Source: Lama glama (lineage: Eukaryota). From it: 60,000 bases of DNA. Positions within the stretch are counted from its first letter, which is position 1; every line of letters starts with the position of its first letter. The translations under genes and the position numbers were made by a program. Location: assembly GCA_028534125.1 (NCBI GenBank), contig CM052818.1:39434001-39494000 (forward strand). Reading direction: 5' to 3'. Shown one piece after another: positions 49,910 through 60,000 of the stretch. The notes beneath the pieces were generated by a model. It worked only from the letters and a program-made list of their open reading frames with translations. It made no database searches and was not told where the DNA came from.

Positions 49910-50400
49910 GGAGTGGAAAGACCAGGTGGTTTTAAAGTTGGAAAGCCCTGGGTTTGAATCCCAGCTCTGCTGCTTAAAAACGGTGTGACCCTGGGTTAAG
50001 TAACCACTGTGGACCCAAACTTCATTATCTAAAACATGAAGGTGTATATGCCACCTTCACAGGACTCTGTCTAGCCTGTTGGTGCCAGTGAGAGGTAGTT
50101 ATTTAGATGGAAGAGGCAGCATTTTCCAGTGCCAGGCGGAATACTGTTGGAGGGGTACAGGGGAGTGTGAAGAAGTTGGCTGGAGATAGGGGCTAAAGCA
50201 AAATTATGAAGGGTCTGAATAGTCTCCTAAGGAATTTAGATTTTTTTCCCTTAGGACAATGGTTAATCACTGCATTAATTTTAGAAGATGAGTAAGGCGA
50301 TCAGATTCTTGCCTTAGAGTGGTTGTCCTGGAAGCAGAGGAGAAAGTAGATTAGGAGTCGAATCTGGAGGGGAAGGATGATGTAGTGAAGTGAGTGGGAA
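49910..50400. mobile_element. MIR (+, ~49910-50070) and L2 fragment (-, ~50100-50400)
   Basis: ccctgggtttgaatcccagctctgctgctt..tgtgaccctggg; ctaaggaatttagatttttttccc..atcagattcttgccttagag. Confidence 0.7.
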
Positions 50401-50981
50401 CAGGGAATTATATTCTGAGAAAAACAGGAGAACTAACTTGAGAATTCCAGAGGAGGTTGTCAGCCAGCACAGTCAGGCTGCAAGCCCCAGAGGGTAAAAG
50501 GGACGGGAATCTCCTCTTCGGAGGTTAGGTGCTGCCCGTGAGCTGTCGCTGCGTGCTGGGCTGGGCTGGAAGGTTTGCTTCCCAAACAGATGTGACACCT
50601 GGGAAACTGTGCCTGAGGATGACCTCATGAGCTACTTGGGATGTTTTCGATCCTTCGGCTAATGGGCCGGTCCTTCCTGTCTTCTCTCCATCTTCTTCCT
50701 TGGCTTCATCCTGCACAGGAGGCTTCTTGCCAGTGCTTTGACATCTCATCATCTCCATGGTGATGGAACAATGGTGTCCTAAACAGATGACCTCACCGTG
50801 TGGTTATGCAAAAGAGTGAGCTGGAAAGGGAGCTTTGGGGGTTGGAAGAGTCTGGTTGCGATAGGAAACCCTGGGATCAGATGCCTCTGAAGCCAGTCTC
50901 CAGGCCCTGGGAGAGGATGGAGTAGTCCCACAGCTGAAGTAACTTGGACCAGACCACTGAGGGTGGGCTCTGTGTCCTCAG

Positions 50982-51256
50982 CAATTTGGGATTGGGAAGG
51001 ATTTTCTATAGATAATGACAATCAGAAGAAGTTATAAAATAATTTTTTTTAGTATGTAAAGAATTGAAATAAATGAAAAGGTAAAAGACAAATGTGGGAA
51101 ATTATTTGCAATAAATATAATGGACAGAGAGTTATTATCTTTAATATGTAAAGAGATGTAGGGAGTTAAAACAACAAGTTATAGTACTAAGGGGAAAAAA
51201 GCCCTAGCAGAAAATGTGACAAGGTAGATAACCAGAAAATTTACAGAGGAAAAAAG
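50982..51256 (+). mobile_element. Old L1 (L1ME-like) ORF2 3' fragment, sense
   Basis: aaaagacaaatgtgggaaattatttgcaa..ttattatctttaatatgtaaagag. Confidence 0.65.
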
Positions 51257-51390
51257 ATTTATTTATTCATTCATTCATTCATTCATTCATTCCAATAAAT
51301 CTGTAGAGTACTTACTCTGTGGCAAGCACTGTTCTGGATACTAGAGATACAGCAGTAAACAAAACAGACTCTGCTTTCATGGAGTTTCAA
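51257..51390 (-). mobile_element. L2 3' tail with (TTCA)n
   Basis: (ttca)n then aataaatctgtagagtacttactctgtggcaagcactgttctggatactagagatacagcagtaaacaaaacagac. Confidence 0.9.
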
Positions 51391-51399
51391 TGCTCTCCG

Positions 51400-52268
51400 C
51401 TTTTTTTCTATATTCTCTTCTAATTCGTTTTTCATGAACTTAATTCCAGAGAAACTGTTTATTCATCTGAAATTATTTCCACGTAAAAGTGAATTGAGAA
51501 TTTACTCTCCCCCACAAAAGTAAACCAGCTGCCCTTACTACTAATTAATTCATCCTTCCTCTCCTCACTGATGGATGCACGATGCTACTTTTATCATGGA
51601 ATATGTTCATAGATGTTTATGTTAGGGCTGTACATTCTGTCTGAGTGATTGAGCTAACAACTTTTACTGTAGTGCCGTACTATTTTTTTTTTTTATTGTT
51701 GGGGCTTTATGCCACATGAGCTAGCATAGGCTTTATACTTGATTGGAAAAGATTGCGACCACGATAACTTGGACACCGTATTGGTTGCTTTCTCCATGAG
51801 ATGGCACTCACACTCTTATTTGTTTAATTTTCTACCTTAATGAATCACTGGTGATTTTTGAACAGTCACAGAACAAAGAGAACTTATGGTTCACAATTTC
51901 CGAAGCTGATTTCAAGTATTATCATCGTGTTTTATGTTCTATCATGTTTCTGAAGCTTACGGATTTTCCTCTTTCTGGGAAATTAAAGTTTTACACGTGG
52001 ACGTGGCTAGTGGGGCCAGTTCTCCCATGTTCTCTCACACCACCTTCATGAGGATGTGAGTCTCCATGAGAACACAGCCAGCAAGCCTCACTCTTCCCCT
52101 CTTGTTGTGTGTGACAGACCTTGAAAACTGGTTGGGAAAGCATTTAAAAAAAAAATTCAGCTTTCCCTCGGAAACGTGGCATTTCTTCAAGTCTGCTTCT
52201 GTTTCACAGTAAAGTTTTTTAAAATGTTTTTAATAGACCTTCCATGTTTTCTCATTAAAATTATTTTA

Positions 52269-52327
<59 letters not shown>

Positions 52328-53260
52328 TCCCTGCTCATTTAAATAAAGTCATTTCCCCCCTCATTTAAATAAAATCATTTCCCCCCATTGTATTTTCTAT
52401 TAAGTTTAAACTACCTATTTCCGGCATATAGGTAACCTATAGATTTGTGTACGTTTAATTTGTAATTATTTGCCATACTGAAGTGTTATTAGTTTTGGTA
52501 GTTTTTCTCTTGGGCTTTATTTTTTTGTAGGCTGTAGTATCTTCTGCAAATAATAGTTTGATCTCCTGGATTTTTAAAAATATCATGTTTCTGCTTCATG
52601 TTATTGGCTAGAAATAGAAAATATATAATCATAATAGTGATGGAAGTCATACTTGCCTTTTTTCTATTTTTAATGGAAATGCACCTATTGTTTCTCACCA
52701 TGAACAGGATGTTGATTACAGGTGTAAATTCATGCCTCCTAGTTTGCTAAGGTTATTTTTTTTTAATTCACAAAAAGTATTATATCAAAAAATGTATCCT
52801 TAAACTCTCTTACAGCTTTTTTTATCCTGTGACATATTGATGTGGACTGGTGTATACTTACAAATCTTAAATCATCATTACATTCCAGGAATAAATATAG
52901 CATTAGTCATATTGAATTATTCCTTCAATAGCTCCTGGATTTGGGTTTTTTATCTAGGATTTTTGCATTTATACCCTTAAGTAAGATTGGTCTGGATATG
53001 TATGCCTGTGTGTATGTGTGTGTGTGTGTATGTATGTGTATACACATATACAGTATTACGTATATAACATTATATGTGTATATGTATATTATCTTTACCA
53101 GGTTCCTCATAAAATTATGTTAGCCTCATAAACGGAATTGAGATAGTTTCCATTTTTTTTTCTGTGCTCTAGATCGCATCCATAAAACTCAGCTCATCAT
53201 CTTTTATAGAGATAATTCTTCTACATTTTTTTTTCAACTTATTTCATGGTTGATGGGATC
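51400..53260 (-). mobile_element. Highly decayed L1 (L1ME-like) antisense fragments with (TTA)n (52272-52327) and (TG/TA)n (~53000-53090) microsatellites
   Basis: ctaggatttttgcatttatacccttaagtaagattggtctg, cattacattccaggaataaat and gttagcctcataaa are L1 ORF2 antisense hallmarks; ~51720-52160 is unassigned. Confidence 0.7.
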
Positions 53261-55118
53261 TGTTCATGGTAATAAACATAGCTGTCCTTCCAGAGCATCC
53301 TGGACCTGGGATCGACCTGAATTCAGTTTACCCTGATTTTCCTTGGAGAAGCTGAGGTAGACTAGAAACTTCAGAAGACAGTCATTGATTACTGACAGAA
53401 AACAACAGGGAACAGTGGCACAGAGGACTCCAGAAGCCACGGCTCTTACAGCACATTATCGAAGTTCATAGCTTCTGATCTCTGTCATCTGCCTTCTAGT
53501 TCCAAGGGGCTGGCAGTTTCTCAGACATCTTGCCTAAGTTTTTTCAGTTTCTTGTTCTAGGCGGACTCCAACCAGAGGATTCCATCTTAATAGAGGAATT
53601 CCCCCCTAGACATCTTAACATTCTTGTGGCGGAGGCCACATTTGCCTCTCCTTTCCTCCCTTCTGCCCTTCAGTGTGAGGACACCCCTCCCTGTAGGGGA
53701 GAACAGCCCCTTACACTTACAGGAGAGGATGCCATGTGGGAGCCCTTAGGACCGTCTTTAGTGGGTAGCAGGTTGGTCTGTAAGGGGAGTATGATATTCA
53801 CGTTGAGAAAAGATACGTTAGGAGGATGGAAAGGAAGCTCAGGGAAGAGTCAGTTGGCCCCTGAGTCTGGGCTGAAGACACATGTAGGGCAGGTTGGGGC
53901 AAAAGGATGAAAAAGTGAAATGAGTCAAAATCTTCAGAATGAGATTACTCTGAAGGCCTTGAATCGTAGGTGAAGGAGTGTGGCTTTCTTCAGTAAGAGA
54001 CGCAGAGATGAGTGAATAGAAGTTGCCCAGATGTTTCCTTTTCTGGTGGAGGTGCCTTTAAGGGCAGAGTCCGGGTGAGTGCCCTGCCCTGGGACTTGAG
54101 CCTCTTCTAGTGGCATTTCTAGATCTCTGGTGGGGGCCAGGATAATGCTGAAGGCCGAGGGCTTCCATGGCTCCCCTGCGTTTACAATCTCTCTATGCCT
54201 GTCTGTAAAATTTGGCCCCTGAAGTGAGTTTATACAGGAAAGTGTCTGTCTGGGAGCTGGGACCCTAAAGATGGACCAGTCCAAACATCTCATCTTAGGG
54301 GAAAGGTGATGGTCATTTAGGCCGTGCAGGTGTGAAGGAACTCGGAAGAGTGCCCAGGCCTCCCGACCCTAGTGCATGGCTTCTGCGCTGCCGTACCAGG
54401 AGCAGAGGGAGGCTGGCTAAGGCAGGGCCCTGTGGGATGCAGGATGATGCTGTGGTGGCTGAATTGGCGAGGCACCCCTCCGTCCAGGCTGTGCGGCGTC
54501 CTCGTGCTGCTAAGTGTGGAGCACCAGGCGGCAGACTCACGGAGCTCGGTCTGCAGAACCCCTGGCGAGCTGCCAGCCCCACACCTCCTCAGTAAATGCA
54601 GGCAGAGTACTTGGTCCTCTCAGGGCAGCCTATCAGGACAGGCAGAGCTACCTTAGGGCCAGTGACTTCTTAAGGACCCCTCCCTGTCCCCAGGCCTCAC
54701 TCATCCCACCCAAGGGTTAAATGAAGCTCATCTCCACACCACTGGGGTTGCACAGGGGACCGGGTGGGCACATGGGGTGCTGGGGTGTGCTTGGCCCTGA
54801 ATTCTACTTTTCTTGGAAGACCATAGCTGACTCGGGCTGGATGTGGAAAGGACACAGGGCTGCCTGGGGATAGATGCATCCTATCTTCACTGGGCTGAGA
54901 AGCTGAGCTGGCCCATGACAGGTGGTGGGGCCTGGATGCTGCCTTCAGTGGAAATTGGTTCCACTATCATGGGTATGGGCTAATTCATGACCAAGTCTTC
55001 CAGCTTGACTGACCCCATTTAGGCTACTGAGAGAAAAGACAAAAATCAAACCCAGGCAAGGGATCAGCTCCAAGAACCATGGCTAACACTTCCTAGTGGC
55101 CACTGCTGAAGTAGGGGT

Positions 55119-55119
55119 A

Positions 55120-55153
<34 letters not shown>
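55119..55153. repeat. (TG)n(GA)n microsatellite
   Basis: Seen directly. Confidence 0.92.
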
Positions 55154-55154
<1 letters not shown>

Positions 55155-56569
55155 AGGATTGGATGACACACTGATGGGAGAGGTTGGGGGACATTTCCCT
55201 GTGGGTATCAGCTTCCCCGAGATATCTCAGAATTGACTTTTCAGCTGAGCAGATTGACAGGGACTGGGCTAAGGGCTAAAGCAGGTCAGAGATTAGGACT
55301 TCTCTTCCTGCATCTCAGCATGTGTCTTTGGTAACAGTGATGAAGTTCAGGGTGAGCACAGACCCAAGTGCTAATTTTATGTGTTCTGCTTCAGTGACCC
55401 ACTCCCTCCATGACGGGGTGGGCTGCAGTTCCAGGCAGGCTCGGACATGTGCACACCGCCTGTCGCAGGCATCTGACAGCTGGAGCCCATTTGCTGGAGG
55501 CAGACTCAGGGCAGAGGTGCTCTGAACTGGCCAGCGAGAGGGCACGTTGTTGGCTGGCTGGCCCAACTGGAGCCTTCGTTGGCAGTAAAGGGGCTTTAAC
55601 GTGGCCAAAGTGTGTGTGTCATCGGGCTAAGAACTGAGTCAAAGGGATTAAAGGTCCAAAATATCACTTGACAGTTATTAGTTCTTTTGTTATTTTTTCA
55701 TGTCTGTTCATCTACTTAATAGTATGGTAACTGTTTCTGGTTTAATTGATTACAAATAGTTTTATGTTTTATTTATCTAAGAAGTACAGCAGGAGGGCTG
55801 ATTGAATCACCACATCTTAAAATGTCAGAGCTGGGAGTTCTCTCAGAAGTTGTCTGATCCCATTTCCCCATTTGATGTGTCAGGATTTGGGGCATAGAAA
55901 GGAGAGCTGACTAGCCCAGAATCACTCGGTGAAGCTACCAATAGGACTTGGGTCTCCCACCTCTGCCTACCCTGGGGTGTGCGAGAGCTCTGTGTGCAGC
56001 CACTGTAGACCTGAGGTTGTCCTCTTGGCAAGCCTTGGTGGCTGATTTGGGAGTTCAGCCTCCCTGGCAGCAACTAGAGGTGATGAAGTCTCTGGGTAAA
56101 AATACCCCAAACAGTGATGACCCGCCTTGATTCCGTCCCACGAGCCGGGAGCATTTCAGTTCGTAAGGTGCTGGTGTGCGGGCATCATCCTCTTACCTTC
56201 CCTGTGACCCTGTGTCACATGGGTTAGCCCCATTTTATGGATGTGGAAACTCACATCCTGGAGGTCAGTCCTTAGGGGCTCCTGAACCTCCCAGTTTCCT
56301 GGAGATTGATCATCTTTCCATCAATTTCCTCCCTCTCCCCTCCGTCCTTCTATTACCAGGATCTTTCTAGGAGCCTCCTCTCTTGTTCTGTGCTCTCCCA
56401 CCCCCACCAATTTCAGCTCAGTCCCCTTGACCCTTGGTCAGCTCCTGGAGTGAGTGTGCAATCAGGAAAGGAAAACATTGCAGGCACAGGAGATCTAGTT
56501 CCTTCCTTCTTCTGCTTCCCAAACAGACAGAGAAGTAATGAACTTGGGCAAACCAGACCATCATTCATA

Positions 56570-57600
56570 TTATTCCTTTGCTTCTTCACTGGCTTCTCTT
56601 AGGAATAAAAGTGTCAGCCTTTCTCTTACCTTGCTGGCCCTCATGCTGCCCCATTTCTTTTCTGACATCCCCCCAGCTATTTGAAAGTCTACATCTTCTG
56701 CCTTCAAGACTTCATTCCTTAACACCTTGCAGTCTGGTTTTTGTGTCCACAGCCCAAGCATGAGGGTCACTGATGTCCACTTGTTTGCCAGACCCCACAA
56801 CTTTTCCTAGTCCTCATGCTCCTGCTCCATTCAGCACTGTTGGCCACCATCTTCCTTCTAGAAACTCCTCCATTGGCATCAGTCAGCAAAGGCTGGGTTG
56901 TGCTGCGGTTACCAACGATCCCAGTGGCTTAAAGCAAATAAGTTGACTTCTCACTCCTGATGAACTCTGGTTCTGCTCCATGTCCTCTCGCTCCTGGACC
57001 TGCAGAGCAGCCTCTACCGGAACATACATGGTCGTTGCAGCCGAGAAGAGGGAGCTCTTGTGTGCCTCACATCAGCTTTAAATGTCCAGCTGAAAGTGAC
57101 AAATGCTTTCACTTACAGCTCGTTGGCCAAAAAAAGTCATGTGTCCACTAGCTACAAAGGAGAGTCAGGAATGCCAGTCCTGCCAGGCTCCTGGAAGGGA
57201 GGCAGGACTATCTGATGAGCAGCACTCCTGGCTGCCCTGCTTCAGTGTCACCCTGACCCTTCCTTCCTCCCTGGATGCCCCTTCTTTGCCTCCTTTTCTC
57301 ATTCTTTGGCCTTCTTTCAACTCTCAACTCTTAAATGCAATGTTCTCCAGTATATTCCAAAATGCCTTCTAGATTTTTTTCTCTTTCATCCACTCCATTT
57401 CATTTTTTATATCTTTTTTTTGCAGACATCTCCCAAACACGTATCTCCACCCTGACCTCTTTCCTGACTTCCAGTCTAAACTTCAGATAGGTGCAAAACC
57501 AGACTCTTTACCCTTCTCATCCAAAGTCAGTCTCTTCCACCTGCTTTCCTACTTCAGAGATGCTGGAGGCTCAGACTCGCGTCTCTCTTGCAGCTACCTT
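56570..57600 (+). mobile_element. L2 interrupted by an old MaLR LTR (MLT1I/J-like, minus strand, ~56880-57225)
   Basis: cttgcagtctggtttttgtgtccac..cagcactgttggccaccatcttccttctagaaact (L2); gggttgtgctgcggttaccaacgatcccagtggcttaaagcaa..ttggccaaaaaaagtcatgtg (MLT1). Confidence 0.7.
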
Positions 57601-57999
57601 CTCATCAACCTTCTGCCGCATGGAGGAAACTCCCTGATTTTACCCTCTTTACTCACAGCTGTGCTCCTGGTGCTCCTGACAATCAGAGTTCTAAGCCCCC
57701 AGATCTGCTGAAGTTGACCCCAGTGAATGAGGGTGCCGCTCCGCTTCCAAACCCCATCTCAGAACTTTATTTCAGTCCCATACTCTGCCTCCACTGGGAG
57801 TCTGAGCCAAAGGATAATTCTGGGGAGAGTTTCTCTTTCTTTTTCTCACTCCCTCTTATTTCTTGAGCAACCTCTGAGTAGCAGTTCAGATCCAGGCCTC
57901 TGACTCCCTCAGCTCTCTCCTGCAGTTAGAGTCCTTCCTTGTTCTCGAGTCAGAGCACTAAACTGTCTCTGTAATCTCATCGCTGTAACAGTCCCTCCA

Positions 58000-58150
58000 A
58001 TGGTGACTTCTGGACCCTATCATTTTATAAGAAGGAGAACTGAGGTCCAGAGAGAACCAGTGACTTTGCCATCGTCCCAGTGACTCATGTAAGCATCTTC
58101 CATTAGTCCTCTTGCCTCTGAGAGTGGTTTCAAGGCTCCGATTTGCCCAT
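58000..58150 (-). mobile_element. MIR
   Basis: cattttataagaaggagaactgaggtccagagagaaccagtgactttgcc. Confidence 0.7.
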
Positions 58151-59089
58151 GGCGTGGAAGCCGTCTGTGTGTGTGAGAAGAGGTGGAGGCAGGGTTTGCT
58201 GAAAGGTGGCAGTGAGCTTGACACTTGCAGACTGAGTGTAGCCACTTGTCACTGCTGGTTTAGGTCAGCCAACCACTGGGCCCTGCCAAGCAAAAAAACT
58301 TGGATGGCAATAGAGCCATTAGCTGTAACAGGCTGAGACCAAGGAGAGGGTGAGGCTTGGGAAGAAGATGGATCCAAGGAGCTCTTGGCACAGCTGGGGC
58401 TTGGTAATGTGCTCTTTCCCCCTTTGCGAAGGCCTGGTTCAGTTACGCCTGAGCAGTTGGGGAGCATTGCCTCAGATGCCTCCTGCAGCCCTGATGCCCT
58501 GGCAGTCCTGGTGTCAGCCTGCCTGCCGCTGATTGGCACGAGAGGGCTGGCCAGATGGCCGCTGGGTCCTGGCTGCTTGGGAGGTGAGAACTCCACCTCC
58601 TGGGCCTGGCTGGCCCCTACCTCCTGGGTGCTGGCTTTTGACTGGGAGATCCCAGGAGCTTGGATCTGTAATCTGAGATTTCTGGGCCTGGGTTGGAGGG
58701 AAGGACTTCAACTTGATGAGTTTTGTACTTCAGTTCTTCACAGCTGTCAGCCCTCCTATCGGCTGTGGGGCCGGGGGAGGGGAGTGGCAGGATGGTTTCC
58801 ATGGGGGGCCAGAGAGAGCATCCTGTTCTGCTGTGTGTTGGATGGATCCTGGGTCTGCTGGCTGAATGATGGGGACCAAAGGCAGGGGGAGGGCTAATGG
58901 GAGCAGAAGGCCCTTGTGCCTTGAATCTGCAGGGGGAGTAGCTGGGGCTCCAGGTGAGGGACTTGTGTTCTGCTTGAGTTGTGAGGGTCCTGCATCTCGG
59001 GCCTTGGGTGGGACCTGTTCCCTCTGGTTGGAACAGTTTGTTCCTCTCCAGTCTCCTCCCCATTGACCGCCCCCCCCCGCCCCCGCTCA

Positions 59090-59704
59090 TTCTGTCCCAG
59101 TCCCAGTGTCTGCTGCTGCTTCTCACAGGTGCCACGCATGTTCTGCCTCAGGGCCGTTGCTCTGGCTGTTCCCTTTGCCCAGAACACTGTTCCCTCTTTG
59201 TCCCCTTGGCAAAAACTCTTTACTTTCTTTGAGTGCTTACTCAAATCTTACCTTTTCAATGAAGCAAAACCTGTCCACCCTGTTTAATTCTGCAGCCTGA
59301 CCCGCTTACCCTGCTCTTTTTGTCTTTTTCCATAGCATTTATTACCTTATAATGTACTGTGTTAATGGATACATTTATTCGGCTTTTTTCTTTTTCATAT
59401 TCTTTTTATTATAGATTATTACAAGATATTGAATATAGTTCCCTGTGCTATACCATAGGACCTTATTGTTTATTTTCTTTAATTGGTTTATTAATTAATT
59501 TTTTACTTAAATATAGTTAGTTACAATTTACCAGTTTCTGGTGTGCAGCATGTTTCAGTCATACATATACATACATGTTAGGCTTATTTTTTAACGTCTT
59601 TCTTTCTCCACTAGAGTGTAAGTTCCCTGAGACAAGGAACTTTGTGCTGGTCATTACTAGAAGAGTGTCTGGTGCACAGTAGGGGCTTAAAAAGTAAATG
59701 AATG
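59090..59704 (+). mobile_element. L2a 3' end interrupted by an L1 fragment
   Basis: ctgcctcagggcc..gctgttccctttgcccagaacact..ccatagcattt..ccactagagtgtaagttccctgag..tggtgcacagtagg..aaatgaatg. Confidence 0.88.
59375..59576 (-). mobile_element. Younger cetartiodactyl/camelid-type L1 3' end, with its segments in permuted order
   Basis: ttattacaagatattgaatatagttccctgtgctata and atatagttagttacaat..agtttctggtgtgcagcat..tcagtcatacatatacatacat. Confidence 0.85.
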
Positions 59705-60000
59705 TGTCATAAGAGGCAGTTAACCCCACCTCCTGGGGCAGTAGAGAATCTCCTGGGTACTGCCTGGAAACAGGCTTTCCAATATGTGAGGATCCACTGT
59801 TTTTCAAACTCACTCTCAAAGGCTGAAGACCTACCATCAGGGAGGTGATGTTGATGGAAGAAACTCTGAAGGCAGTACCAGAGGGGAGGCCTCGCTGGAA
59901 TGAACGCGTGACACAGGCCCACACCATTGGCTGGTTGAGTCAGCCGCTCAGATGGTGATGGCTGCCATATTGGGTGTCTGAATCTGGTGTGAGCTGTGCC

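Noticed and set aside
1..60000. Known miRNA, snoRNA, rRNA or CRISPR-like arrays
   Set aside because: No recognisable mature sequences or regularly spaced repeat-spacer structure seen by eye; an Rfam/miRBase search would be needed to exclude them fully.

Overview
Mammalian (eutherian) genomic DNA, almost certainly camelid, judging by a camelid-type tRNA-derived SINE at ~6933-7080 and a camelid-type L1 3' end at ~59375-59576. I recognise no protein-coding gene, RNA gene or CRISPR-like array. The ORF track is almost all chance ORFs in GC-rich non-coding DNA; the exceptions are an L1 ORF2 remnant and a hAT transposase C-terminal remnant. The window is dense in ancient repeats (MIR, L2, MaLR LTRs, hAT and Tigger fossils, fragmented L1) and microsatellites, and has one 100-N gap. 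It also holds many non-repetitive AT-rich islands that resemble conserved enhancers. L1 and LTR copies lie mostly on the minus strand, suggesting an intron of a large plus-strand gene (inference). The best observations are a strongly signalled 6-nt microexon candidate (41091-41096), a 58-nt exon candidate (32619-32676) and several rearranged L1 fossils: a twin-priming-type inversion, a templated 145-bp insertion, a ~420-bp genomic inversion and a circularly permuted L1 3' end. I found no convincing new biological system. Repeat family names come from remembered consensus sequences, and boundaries are approximate.
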